A stretch of 64,000 nt of DNA. Origin: Epiperipatus broadwayi (Eukaryota; Animalia; Onychophora). The stretch's first letter is position 1; every line of letters begins with the position of its first letter. Location: contig JAQFVV010000002.1 in assembly GCA_028023455.1 (NCBI GenBank), positions 9,238,001 through 9,302,000 of the forward strand, given 5' to 3'. This document shows positions 1-13,821 of the stretch, piece after piece. Both the position numbers and the translations under genes were made by a program. The notes under the pieces are model-generated. The model was not told where the DNA came from. It saw nothing but the letters and a program-made list of their open reading frames with translations, and did not search any database.

Positions 1-623
1 ATTTTTTAGTGATAATATATAAAAAATAAAAACTATATGACTTTTAGTAAATTTAATAAATAAATAAAAAATCCGTAAAATAGGGACCAGTGTGCTGAAA
101 ACTATAAGTGTTTGTTTTAATGTAATTAAGATAAAATTTGAGTACATTATTCATTCTAAATATATATTTTATTCTGATATTTCTGTTATAAAACCTAATG
201 ATGCTAACATATGCCAATGATTTGACTTTAAACTAGAATAGATCATATTTTTAATGATTAATAAAAGCTAATTTATAAATTGTAACTATTTACTGAATTT
301 AGTGGCTGCATAAACTTTTTTTTTTATAATGAATTAATTTTTTTTGATTATTTATTAAATAATTTTTAGTAATTTATTTTAATTTTATAATTTACTAATC
401 AAAGTTCTTTTGAAGAGATGTTAATTTTTAAGTTTTAAATTTGGAGTAATTTTTATTTATTTTTTGTTTTGATATTAGAATGTATGTAATAATGATTTAT
501 TTTTTTAATATTTTCTTTTATTTTAGAATATTATGCATAACCTCTGCCTGGTGCATATTCCTTCACTTTTGATAGACTAACTATACAAAAAAATATAAAG
601 TTTGGGTTTTTTTTTTTATATAG

Positions 624-1100
624 GAATGAAGTCAAAATTAGACAAAGGATTAAATAATAAAGGAAGTGAAAAAGTACAGGATAAAAACAAATCTGTATCA
701 GAAAAGAAACCTTCTAGTAAAGGCAAAGTGACAAGCAAAAATAAATCAAACAATGGTACAATACTGAATAAAAATAAGGATAAAATGGCACTGAATAAAA
801 TGAAGGTATCGTCAAATAAAAGCAAATCTATATCAGGAAAAGATAAACCTCTTTCTAATAAAGATTCATCAAGACCAAATAATGAAGATAAAATAGGATC
901 AACAAAAAATAAAACAAATGTGCATAAAATTTCTAAAAATAAGCAAGTATCTCAAACTGACAAAGATGGAAATGAACAAACTAAACAAGGTTCTAAATCT
1001 AACAAGCAAATCTCAAAATCTACTAAACAAATTTCTAGTGGTAAAACTGACAGACCTACATATACCCAACGACCATGGACTCCCACCACTCCATTAAATG
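624..1100 (+). CDS. Probable coding exon of an unidentified host gene; low-complexity Lys/Ser/Asn-rich region ending ...RPTYTQRPWTPTTPLN(G)
   Basis: Poly-T tract plus TAG acceptor at 621-623, ATG at 626, and 158 open codons in AT-rich DNA where stops are otherwise frequent. Donor candidates: ATG|GTAATT at 1100/1101 or GAG|GTATTA at 1129/1130. Family not recognised. Confidence 0.55.
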
Positions 1101-1278
1101 GTAATTTACGGCAACTTGATACCCTTGAGGTATTAAACATATTTTTCTCTGAATACACTGTAAAGAATTAAAGTTGTTTGTTTTTTAATTATAAAAAAGT
1201 AATATGATTAAATAATTTCAGATTTATGTAAAAAAAACTACAGAATTATTTAAAAAAAAAAATATTAATACTTTACAG

Positions 1279-1412
1279 AGTATGGAGAAGTTATGTTGCC
1301 ATGTAAACTATCTGCTTCTTTTGTGGAGAGTTTAGTGATTGATCTGTCTTTTTTTTCTGATTCTTTTCTTTCAACATTTGCAATATGCTTCATAATTTAT
1401 GTACATGTTTAG
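1279..1412 (+). CDS. Candidate terminal exon (phase 1): (E)YGEVMLPCKLSASFVESLVIDLSFFSDSFLSTFAICFIIYVHV*
   Basis: ctttacag acceptor at 1271-1278; stays open 44 codons if joined to the 1100 donor; followed by 3'UTR-like AT/TA-repeat sequence. The join is inferred. Confidence 0.25.
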
Positions 1413-2868
1413 TTAAACATGGCCTTTAATCAATGTCTGCTGTACTTAATCAAAGTACAATATTTGTTTTATGCTTCTGCAATATTCTCTTCTACAATAG
1501 TGCATGCAATACTTTTTATATTTATTTATCATCAAAGTGAATTTAAAAATTCTTTTCAAAATATAATAATGTGAATTTGTTTGTATATTGATGTATTTAT
1601 GTGTGTTTGTATATATATATAAGAAATCATTATTGCATTTTTACATATTGCCATATGAAATTATATATTTGTAAAGGTATATATATATATATGGATAGCA
1701 TGTAATTTATTTTTATATTGTTTAGTATAGTTGCTATATTTTCATAAGTTATTGAGCATGCTTAAATAAATGTTCATATGTCCTTATATATACATACATA
1801 CAGTGGTGAATCTTTTAATAAACATACACTTTAATAATCATTGTATATTTCTTTTTAAAAGAAATATCTGTATTTAAAACATTATTATGAATTATTAAAA
1901 TTATTATTAAAATGAAAATTATAGCATTATTGCATTTCTAATATGATTTTAGAAAATATAGCTATCTTAAAAATATTTAAAACACTAAACTAAATTTATG
2001 ACTCAAAGACAGTAAAACTAAAGACTTTTATTTTAAAACATTATAATTTTAAAAAGTCAAAACATTCAAATAAAATAATCTTTGTTTTATATAATAAACT
2101 AACAAATATACTGAAAGATATCCTCAAGTGTATTTGAAATGTTATAATAAATTTGAAAAACAGAATTGTAGAAAAAAATAAAAAATGAATTGCATATTAA
2201 TTTTGATTTTTAATATTTCAAACATATTACTTTTTAATTGTTTCAGAATCTTATAAAGTTAATTGAATGATCACTATTAAAATGATTTTCTCATTAACAT
2301 GCAAAATTGTCAGTAAATGCATGTTTATTATATTAAAAATATAAGAAATCGTATATAATTAAACAACATCTATCTACTATGGAATTTAATATAAACTAAT
2401 ATCAATGTTATCAAATATTTTTAGATAACTTTAGAAGCTGAATTAAAATCATGTATCCAGGATCAGTACTTTTTTAAGTCTAACTTTGTCATAAACTGAG
2501 TTAAATATCAAACCTCAGAATAACATTGTTTATATATAAACATTTTGTTGTTTTCATTATTACATAATTCTTTACGAAACATGTTATTAGTCACTATAAG
2601 TCTAAAATTGCTGCCAATCATGGTGCCTTAATATATTGTAACAATCAAACTCAGATAAAAAGTCACTTAATCATGCCCAAGTTAAGTAGTCAAATGTAAC
2701 AATATCCTTTCAGGTAAAAATGATTTATCAGGCCCTAGTTGGGTGGCAAATGTATTTGTCTTTAATGGCTGTAAAGGGAGCTTACAAATGAAAATTAATA
2801 TTTCTTTTAAAATGTTTATTAAGTTGAACATTAAGTAAAATGATAACAAGTAAAAGAAATATAAAAAC

Positions 2869-3007
2869 AGGCAAAACTCTCCATACAGTAGTGCCACTCA
2901 GTGTAAGCCAGAGTAGCTTGCATTGAGTGGCACTACTATATGGAGAGTTTTGCCTAATTTAATAACAGTTATGAGCCAGCATAAGAAATGGTGATCATGT
3001 GATGTTT
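2869..3007. repeat. 40-bp-stem hairpin (2869-2955) built from a dispersed repeat whose other copy is at 51425-51511
   Basis: aggcaaaactctccatacagtagtgccactcagtgtaagc / gcttgcattgagtggcactactatatggagagttttgcct with a 7-nt loop. The right arm plus flank (agcttgca..gtggcactact..ggaga...agaaatggtgatcatgtgatgttt) recurs at 51425-51511. Confidence 0.85.
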
Positions 3008-3502
3008 AAAAAAAGTATGTAGAATGTTTATCTAATGTTTGGGATATCTAATTATAATAATGTATTAGTACAAAATAAAGACTCTCACATGGAGTGGAAT
3101 ATTCACCAATAGATTTATTAAATGATTGGAATATATTTTAATTACAAAAAGAATTTTATTGAATTCAAATTATATCTTTAAAGTACAATAAATATTTGAA
3201 TATTCTTAGATTATTAAATAATTTATTTCATAATCATACTAATAATTTATAATACAATTTAATTCCTCAGGGATGCAATATATAAAGGTGAATAAATAAT
3301 AAATATATGAGTGCAATAATCTTTTATGATTAATTACAAAAACCAATTAATTAAATAGCAATGAAATTTATTAATAAAATAATAATAAATATAAGATATA
3401 AATATTAAACAAGTAAATAAAATATTTCTTGCCAAACAGTTACCTTTACATTGACTTCTATTTATTTATTAAACTTATTATATTTAAATACAAGTCTATA
3501 TG

Positions 3503-3575
3503 TAAATAGAGGTGATTTGAACCCAGACTTGTGTCTAATTCACAATTATGTGCTTCAGATAATATACCATGAAAT
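3503..3575 (-). mobile_element. Possible tRNA-derived SINE head fragment
   Basis: Minus strand contains the B-box-like gggttcaaatc; no clear A box or tail. Confidence 0.25.
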
Positions 3576-6149
3576 CAAAACATGTTACATACTAGGACAA
3601 ATACTGCTAAAATAAATATATAAAGATATAATTTACAAGATTTAATCAGTATGTCCAATTTACTTACTATTTTATCATCAAAATAAACATAATATTAATT
3701 TATATTTTACAAAGATTATAAATGGTTATTAAATATATAAACTTTATTAATATCATCCATAAATATTTATAAATAATAACTTATTTTCTTTCTTTTTTTT
3801 AATATGGATGAAGAAGCAAATAAGCATTCTTCTATTTAAATATACTAAAATCATCACTAATAAATATTTTTCTTTTTTTTTACTATTTACTTTAACTTCT
3901 GTTGGTAACAAAATATTTTTGTATAATAAACATATTTTTAAACCCAAAGAATTTTATGATATGAATGAATTACCTGGTAAGCTTTACTTTTCATTTAAAA
4001 AAAATATTAACTAAGTTATCTAGTTTAAATATTGGCTCAAAAAGAAGTTCAATATAGTATGATTCCAATAAAAACAGGAGAAACTGCAGATTAAAACAAT
4101 TTTACTGTCAATAATTTCAAATAGTTTTATCTTGCTGACTATTTTAAAGTGTTTTGCAATACTATATTACACTCATAAGTACAATATTTATTATTTACAA
4201 CCAAATTTTATCATCTATTTATATACATTTTTTATAAACAAAACAAAAAAAAATGTAATTCACAGTTCAAAATTTTTTATGTGTTCTTCATTGAAAATTT
4301 TTTCAATATTTTCCCCGTATACTAATGTTAAATGTAATCCTTAATTATTATAAATTACTAACTTTCCATACAAATTATTTACTTTTGACAATTTGCTTTC
4401 AATTTTAATAAAGTATTTTTTACTCAGCATTTTATGACATTTACTTTGGGCATTATAGTAATAATATGTATTAAAGTCTTCAAAATATATTTGTAAATTC
4501 ATATCACACTACTCTACTCTGGCACAACACTATTTATTACAATGATATGAATTTATCTGATGTTATATATCTTGATTCTCATAATACTATGAAATTTTTT
4601 AAACAGATATTTATGACTCTTACTCTATAATATTCATTTTTTTTAAATTTTCAAATAACTTAGTTAAATATATGCACTAACTTTTATGCTGTTTATTTAT
4701 TGAGACAAAAAATGAGAGAGCATCTAATCTAAGATCAGGGGTTTAAAATTTTTCTCTTAATGATATAACACTTATGTCATCACATAGATATTGTTTCTAT
4801 AGTATTTTATGTTGTAAAGTCTAATTTCACTTGTTTCCATGTTTTTTTATTTATTAATCTATCTGTATATCCACCTGATGAACATACTTTTTGTAATCCA
4901 CTAACATTCTATGATGTTAAAATACTTTTTAAAGTTTTGCAAAACAAATATTACACAACAATAAAAAAAAAATTACAGAATAAATACAAAATAAATTTAA
5001 GATCATAATTACATAAAATAGACATTCCTTTCTATTTATTTATTTTATATATATATAATTTAATGCTGTTTAACCATGCCAACGTATACACTTACTTTAA
5101 CAGTAATATAATATCTTATTTGTTTGGGTTTTTTTTTTCAAAAAAAAATAAACATTTTTGCAAATGTATGCAGTAAAAAAATGAAATAAAATGAGCAAAT
5201 TTATTAATATGTACCTAGTTTTATTATTGCTATACCCTTAAAATTATATATATATATTAACATATTTTCAACATAATATATGTCATTAATTTTATTATAT
5301 AATTTCTAGAACAAAATAATCAATATTACTCTCAAAATTTTACCTCAATAAATAAAAATAAATTTTGATACATTACTTGTTAAAAGGAGGTTGTCTTGAC
5401 AACAGATTCAGATTGTTGGTTATTCGCCATATTGGAATTGTCTAAGTGTTGACTGATTTTAATGATCACATATTAAATGGCCATTTTACATTATGATGCA
5501 TTTTTAAATTAAGTTAAATATTCTTAGAATTAAAAATCAGCTAACAAAATTTTTATATAGGTAATATCACCAAGTTTAAATTCAAATCCATATGTACACA
5601 CATTTTAAATTCTCTGTCATACTTTGACTAAATTGGGTATTTTGCTATTGCTTGCCACTAATATATAAATATGATTACTTATTGGTTATTAAAAAAAAAT
5701 TGCTATTACATGAAATGTGGCCTGTTCATTCCTAAGCAGAATAATTTTCTAACAATCACTCCATATATTGTTATTATTATTGTAGCTATTATTACTACAT
5801 GATTATTAGTGGGAAGTTTAATGTTTTTTAATCTATGAATTTAAGATTTAAAAAATATCTTTCTTTTTAGATGTCTAATAGCACCTGTATGATTCATGAT
5901 AATAAATTATGTTCTCTTATTTCGAAGACTAAAATTATTAACCAAGAAGTCATAAACAAAATATCTGAGAATTACTTGTTTAGTAATCTAGGCATTCTAC
6001 CTAGCTATATACAATTTTCAATCAAAGAAACTATCTAATATTAAATAGATTTTGTTAGACTTTGCAAAATTAAAAGAGTACATAAAAAAGCAATAGATAG
6101 AAAAAAGTTGAAATATAGTTTATTATATTGAATGCATAAGTTGATTTAC

Positions 6150-7000
6150 ATTCATTATAAATAAAAAATGAAACACATTATCGAAAATATTTATGATGTA
6201 TTAAACAAGGTTAGTTAATCAAATTTATAGAAAATGTCAAATACAAATAATTTTGTTTTATATCTCTAAAATTTTTATTTTGAAGAGCAAATATGGGATA
6301 TTTATAGAGATGTGTAGAATGAATTTAAACAAATCAAATAATATTTTTAAAGTGTCATTGTAGAATTATTTTAATGATGGAATTGAAAAATGTTTGAAAA
6401 ATTAAATTACTATGAATAATAGACATTTATTAGAAAAATATATATAGTCCTGTACAATCTACATTAAAATATAAAATTTATCAAGATTTTTAAAAAAAAT
6501 ACAAACTGTAAATAGACATAAAAGCATTGAAATGAAGACAGTGTAGCAGATTATATTTTACCTAACAAAAATATGTATTTTAAGAATACATATTCTAAAT
6601 AGATTTAGAATAGGAAATATTTTCCTATTAATGAATCATAACATTAATTTAATAGAAAAGTATGTAAACAAATCTGATTTTAAAAGTAATAAGATTATAA
6701 TCTCTCCATAGATAGAACACAAACACTGGTTATCAATTAGTTATACATAAAATATATTAATGCAAAAATTGAGAGATAAAAATTATTAAAGAAGGCACTA
6801 TTAACAAACTTAAGCTAGAACATAAAGGGTTTTAAAATGGCTCAGACATGTTTAAAATTAATAAAATAAAAAGCAGCAGTTCAACAATAAATTTTCATCT
6901 AAGATAAAGCAATCTATGTATAAAAAAAAAAAGCAAAGAAATTAAAATTTTTATATAATTTGAAATTCTGTATGATATAAGAAATTACAAATGTGAAATG
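6150..7000 (+). mobile_element. Highly decayed RTE-like LINE reverse transcriptase relic
   Basis: Frame-broken traces resembling EEQxGF (gaagagcaaatatgggatatt) and later RT segments; no intact ORF. Confidence 0.3.
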
Positions 7001-10000
7001 TCTAGAAATAAAAATCTCACAATTATAAAATAGAATGAATTTTCAATAATAATAAATAATGATACTATTATTGTAAAAAAGTTATTGTTAAATGTACTGA
7101 AAAATTCTACAACAAAATGACACAGTATGTAAACTAATTTAAAAGCATTAATTATTTAGTTATTCTTGAATTGAATAATACAAAATATATCAATATATAT
7201 AGTTTTTTTTAGGATATTTGTATTTTTAATTCAACATAAAAAACATTATAAGTATTTGTGAATCAAATCATCCTTTCCAAATAAAGAAGTAAAATAATAT
7301 TTAATACAGATATCTTGATTTTAAAATAATATTTAATATATATATATACTTGATATAAATATTAAATAGCATAGCATTTTTAGATTTATATGCAATTTAG
7401 ATAGAAGCAAACTTTTTTACACCCTGCACTCTCTATCATAAATATTTCTAAAGTATGGTGGTTACTGCAAATGTTTAAAAATGAGATACTTTCTTTCCCC
7501 TGAGATTAATTATTTGAATCTTTACTAGTAATAAGCTGATTTAAAAATCTGGAAGTTTAATAAAATCACATTCTATTATTAGCACTGTTAATAAATGTTG
7601 ATTTATTTAAAAAGTATGCTCTAAATATGGCTGGCTGCCCATGATTTTAGAATATTTATTGATGGGGAAAACTCTCAAGTAGTTTTTTTGCTTTCATCTA
7701 AATTACATATATACTTGATATTAAAGCTAAAACATTTCAAATTTTTTTTTTAATGCTTTAATAAATAACACTTTAATAATATTAATTTCAGCTTATAAAA
7801 ACAACTATGCTTAAGAATGTATAAGAGATATAGCTCTGAATATCAAGATAAAAAATTATTTGTATTAAGCAGGGCAACAATAACAAATGACCATTACAGT
7901 AGTCTACAATATATACATATAAAACGATTTAATAATTCAGAAAAGTATTCTCATCTATTCACAGAATGAGTTCTCTCATTTTCTACATATTTTAATCAAA
8001 ATATCTACATTCACTTTGTATACAAAATTGATTTATAATAATTCACCTTCTTTTGTGTATTTAGTCAGTGGGTATTGAAGCAATTTGAAAATGCACATTA
8101 AATATTTAAGATCTTAACTATGACTTTAATAAATGCAAACAATTATTTTCAGAATATATTTCAGGCTGCTATATTAATTATCATAATACAAAAAGTTGTA
8201 ATATATAAGAATTATTTTTCATTGTAAATTATTTTTGAAAAGAATTTAAATGGCTGTGTTGACTTGTAGAGTTACAAAAAAACATGATCTGAGAATCTAT
8301 AGTAAAATCAAAGTTGATAACAATAACAAATATTATTCCAATACAATCTATTTGTCCAATAGGATACTATGATTGCTATTGATTTAAATTTATTTCTTTT
8401 ATTACTAAACTCTAAATAGGCATACTAAAATAGATTTTTAAATGGTCAGATAATTTTTTATATTTTTGGATTCAAAAATTGAGTCACAATTGAATTTTCT
8501 TGTTTTTTATTGGCATATGACCCAATAAAAGTCTATGTTTTCATGCTTGAACATCTCATGACCATTCAAGCAACAAATCATTTGATTTATTATTTTAAAA
8601 ACTGAGCATTGAAATATAATCATTACACAATTAATAAATGGAAGCAAACTGTTGTTAGTTTATATGTGATGGGGTAATTTATGCTTTAGCCAATATTATT
8701 TCTTGAATGATTATCACCAATTCTTTTAGCTTAGAAAAAATTAGAAATTTTATTTTAAAAAATATAGATGAATTTTAAATGTGAATAAAAATATCATCTT
8801 GGTGGAATAAATTGTCAAAAATTCAGTAAAAATATTCTTAATTTTCAATTTCTTCTTTTTTCCTTGTGAAAGTATTTGTGAGATAATAGAAAACCCCTAT
8901 TGATATTGTTTGTTTAAAATTTACACAAAGTATTAAAAAAAAATATGATGGGAAGATTTTTGTTTTTCATTATTATTGTCATCATATCTTAGTAACTTTA
9001 AAAAGAGACTGGGTTCAGTTTTGTATTGGATTTTTAAATAGTTTCATTTATAAGGTCACTGCTGCTTTTTCAAGTTTATTTCCATTTTAGTGAAAAATAT
9101 GAGATAAAAATATGTTTCAGTAGTTTTCTTTATTATTGAGTATGCAAAAATTTGTCATAATCCTAAATATAGATGTGGGTTATTTCTGATTGACATTATT
9201 TAATCAATTGAAATTAGTGGAATATATATATAATTTCATCATTTTAAATTTCCATATTTTGTTAATAATATCATTAGAAATTAATAGTTTCCATTTTTAT
9301 ATTTGTATGGTCAACCTCTTATTGGAAACATTCATATTAACAAATTTACTTATCAACTGTTCTAATGGAGATAAGGGGCATATTATAGTTAGTAAGACCA
9401 AACATGTCTAAGTCTTTGTCAAAACAGAAGAAAAACAAAATTTTTTGCCTATAAATTTATTTGATCTAAAAAAACATAAGATGACTGATTTTGTTTTGAA
9501 ATTTGTAAAACAATAATTTGCTTAATTCTTGTCTCATTTTTGTTTTAGATATGTTCAGTAGAATAGCAAGAAATGTTTGAAACAGAATAGAATATTTCTT
9601 GCTTATAACTAATTTATTTTATAATTCTAAATGTTATATCCATTTTTCTTTTCAAATTTAATAGTCTTTCAATAATTACTAATGTATAAAAACAAAATAT
9701 TTCTTTTGATTCTTTCCAAAATTTATTTTTATTAAACTAAACCCTATAAAATTTATGTAATATGAATAAAACATAATAAATATTATTTTTACATTACAAA
9801 TACTTTGTTTATTTAATATAATATTTTTCAAAAATAATATAAAACTATTTCAAAAATATGTATAAAAAATCAAAATAATAAAATACATCATAAACATCTA
9901 ATATGAATTTACAATAATTTTACAAAGTATTTTTAAATTTAAAATTCTTTAAATAAAGAAAAACTATTAACTCATAATTAATTTTTAACTCATAATTTTA

Positions 10001-10763
10001 TTAAGAAATGTGTTTTATTTTTCTGTAGTTTAACTTTATTTTTGAATTTTTATTTTAATATTATAAATAAATTCAATTTATTGTAATTATTTTTTTATCT
10101 TGGAAAAACAAGATTTAATTTTTATTCAATAGGAAAAACTTTTCCTATTTAAATATTATTTCTATTTTAAAAAATTTTAGTCTATTAATATAATTTTTTC
10201 TGTAATTATTCTTTCAGTAAATTTTTTACTCTTTCAATTACTTCAATTTTATAATTATAATATTTTTGTTCTTAATTTTTTAGAATATAATATATTGCTT
10301 AAATCTTGTTTTTAATTTATTTCTTTGTAATAATTATTTGTCTTACTTTACAGTAAAGACATATAATTTTATACATTATTTGAATGTTTATTTTTATTTT
10401 ATTATTATAATTGAATAAATTATACATATTGTTTTTCTTATTATATAATAAATTTATTTTAATATCAATTTTATATATTTTATTTATGCATTTTATTATG
10501 TTCATTATAATTATTTTAATTACCATAAAATTTTTATAATTATTTATAACATTAAGAAAAGATTTAAAGATAATATAAAGTTAAACTATATAAATAGGGT
10601 TACAAAATAAAATCATGTTTTTTGTGAAATTAAAATCTAAAAATGGGTTTATTTGATGAATTTTAAATATTTGCTTCATTTAAAGCAATAAAAAATTTAA
10701 AAATATTATACTTTGTAAAATTATTTGGGTATTTGTATTACATGTTTTTGGTGTGTTTTATTA

Positions 10764-12206
10764 CACCTGGGTCTCGTTTTATGCAGTAGATATGTTCTCA
10801 GAAAATGTGCACAAAAGAAATCACACAAAAATAGACTTACCTTACCTTGAAAAATGGGGGATAGGTTACTGTAATTTTCAAAAATTGCATAAAAGCAAAG
10901 CAACAACATAAAATTACTTCAAAATTCACACACAAAAAAAAGATAAGGAAATGAAATATGACTAATAAAAAATTTCAAATTTGGGAAAAATTGATACAAG
11001 ACAAACTTTTTTTACTTATTTATTAACTACAGTATTTAATTTTATTCAAAACAATATATTTTTATGCGTTATTTACAGTATTTTTCATTTTTTCATACGT
11101 GTACAATATTGACGATAAGTAAGTTCGTTTCTAAACTAGTAAGACATCAGATTCATCATGATGTAATGTGATGTGATGTACTGTAGCTTCTCCTTAAACG
11201 AAGTCAAGAATCTCTCAGCAATTATGCCCAGAGAAATTTGTTAGCTACTTCACAAGAGGAAATACAACTAGCGCCAACTTCATTTTTTTAATTGTTCTTA
11301 TCATGGATTCGCCCAAACTAAATGTTTTCCAATTGCTGTTGATCCTTCTGATTTCGCTAAGCAATCTAAAATTGAAATTTTTGTTTCCAAAGAAATTCAT
11401 TTTCTTGGGTGTTTTTTTTCTTTTCTGTTAGAATAAACTAAAAGTTTAAAATAAAAATAAGAACTTAGACTTATGATAATAAGAAGACACTGACTCACCA
11501 CTGTTGTACAAAATTTAATTAAAACTAACAATTAAAAATTAAATTCTTATTTCTGTCTTAAATTTTTTAATTTTCAATTCCATTTAAAAATCAAATTTCA
11601 TGGTTTCATGTCACATTGATTTCAGATCACATTACGTAATTTTTAAATTGTTAATTATAATTAAAAATCAGATTTTAATTGTCAAATTTAATTATGCTCA
11701 CTGCTATAACTCACCTTTTAAAAATAAACTTGCAGACACTAAATGATTAATTGATTATGTACTCTTTTTTAAAAAAGCAAAAATAGAATGATTTAAAATG
11801 CAAAAACAACAAGCATAATAAAGGCATCTATAACATTTGAACAGATTTACATTATAATCTTGTAAATTTTAATGTGTGTTTATAAAATGGGGAAATCCTG
11901 ATTTAAAGTAAATTATGAGCTTCTTTATTGCATAAAATCTATTACAGTACTATTATAAAGTGCTGAAAATATTGAAATTATTAGAGAGAAGTCGAACTCC
12001 GATAATGCGCTATTACTTTAAATATGACGTATGAGTGCGTGAAATTTATAATATTTAAAGTAATAGCGCATTATCGGAGCTCAACTTCTGATCTAATAAT
12101 TTTTATTGCATAAAATAAAACCGCATACAAAGATATTAAGAAGAAACATGAACCACATAACTTCAAAATCGCATTAAATAAATCCGCATAAAATGAGACC
12201 TGGGTG
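10764..12206 (-). mobile_element. Internally deleted Tigger/pogo-family (Tc1/mariner superfamily) DNA transposon
   Basis: TIRs CACCTGGGTCTCGTTTTATGC (10764) and GCATAAAATGAGACCTGGGTG (ends 12206), TA on both sides. Minus strand ~11250-11400 gives ISLETKISILDCLAKSEGSTAIGKH / SLGESMIRTIKK, a CENP-B/psq-type N-terminal HTH with a frameshift. No DDD domain remains. Confidence 0.85.
11975..12102. repeat. ~50-bp-stem CpG-rich hairpin nested in the Tigger relic, within a 163-bp segment flanked by a 15-bp direct repeat
   Basis: Arms 11975-12025 and 12051-12102 (...actccgataatgcgctattactttaaatat / atatttaaagtaatagcgcattatcggag...), 25-nt loop; tttattgcataaaat at 11924-11938 and 12102-12116. Confidence 0.85.
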
Positions 12207-13732
12207 TATTTGTCAGACACATTTTTCAAATATTTTGGCAATATTAAACTAGAAAAATATTAAATAAACCATCTGAACACTTAGAAATATATAACATATT
12301 TTGTTCATATTCAATAAATTTATTACACAATTTACTTCAATAAAAAAAAAATTTAAGAAAGAGTCAAAAAAAGTGTTTCTATATATATTAATAGCTCATT
12401 TTCAGAGAGAGAATTTTTTATTGCAAATAGTAAATTAAATTGATACCTAGAAGATATAAATATTATTAATATTCTGCAAAAATAAGTCCATTTACAATAT
12501 CAAAATGAAAAGTAAACATATATATAATTTTTTCATTTTTAAAAATGGAACCCTGTAAAATGCCTTTTCAATGGGTAAAATGTAGAAAGAGACATATTAT
12601 TTTTAGAGCTATTCATTTATTAAGTATTTTTAATTGCTCAGAACAAAAAGAAGTTTCTAGTAGTACATTTTTTGGAAATAAATAAAGTAATTTTATCAAC
12701 TAGATTACAGACAACCTCAATATTTTCATGCTTTGAAATAGTTAAATTTATTTGTCTGAGAGAATAATTTTTAGGTCTTGTTATACTGTACATAATAAAA
12801 AATTTTGTGTCTTAATGACATAATGAATAAGAAGATGATCAATTATTATTAATATAATTTTTTGAGGAGTTTTTTTCTTTTTAATTTATAAAAATTGAAA
12901 TGATGTGTTATTATTTAATCAGAATATTTATATTATTTATGCATAAATATATTTAACAAACACTTTATTAAAGAAGTAATGTGCAATCTACTATACAAAT
13001 TTTGTATGAGATATAATCAGTAACAAATTGTTTTTATCTTCATTTTATTTATTCCATTAATTATCTCATCTTTTGTGATATATTAAGAATTATAAAAAAC
13101 ATTTTAATTTTTTAAACTTTTTCTTAATTCACATATGATCTCAAGATTTAACCGTTGTCCTCATTTAGAAATGAGGAAATATCTTTCATAACGAGAAAGA
13201 AAAAAAATCCATAATTAAACATGTTTTGAAAAATATTCTTCATTGAATGAATTAGTTTTCTTATTCATTTATTATGTGGCATTATTTTATTAATCTAAAA
13301 AAAATTGTTAAATTAATTTTAAAGATTGTTTTTTAATTGATTAAATATTTGTCATATAAATATAGCAAGCAAAGATTATTATTCAATAGCCCGACATTAT
13401 TAGATAATTTAAGAGATATTTGGTATGTCACTTGTATATTAAAAATCTGCTTTAATTAGAAACAAGCAATAATGGTGAATTTTAAGACAGTGATGAAACA
13501 GTATTATGATATGATGTAATTGAATACTTTATTAACAAATTCTATTTCTCCTACTTTAGTTTTGCCACTTGAGAAGTAAAAAATAGACATTTCCCCCTGA
13601 GAAATGATCTGTGTTGAGTGAATAGCATTGGATGAGGAAATTATTTTAAGATAAAATATATCTGAAATTGTCACAAAAAATCATTTCAGTATTGAAATCA
13701 AGAAAAAATTAATGAGGCATTTTACTATTTAA

Positions 13733-13821
13733 TGTAAACATTCAAATATCAGCCTTTTAAGCTAATTGTGAGAAAGTATTCATTCACAATTAGCTTAAAA
13801 GACTGATATTTGAATGTATAC
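13733..13821. repeat. Isolated ~38-bp-stem hairpin
   Basis: acattcaaatatcagccttttaagctaattgtga / tcacaattagcttaaaagactgatatttgaatgt with a 12-nt loop. Confidence 0.9.

Noticed and set aside
616-1158. Minus-strand ORFs 616-825 and 952-1158
   Set aside because: Shadow frames of the A-rich plus-strand exon.
3950-3976. 27-nt microexon candidate (EFYDMNELP) with a GTAAGC donor
   Set aside because: The acceptor lacks a polypyrimidine tract, and there is no supporting neighbouring exon.
5870-6038. 55-codon open frame after a tttttag acceptor
   Set aside because: No recognisable product or donor site; it lies next to a LINE relic and is within chance expectation.
9590-10720. Extremely AT-rich block resembling mitochondrial rRNA/tRNA-Val (NUMT)
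   Set aside because: No conserved 12S/16S motifs were found, and the tttacagtaaa anticodon-like arm does not form a proper 5-bp stem with a 7-nt loop; the resemblance can be explained by composition.
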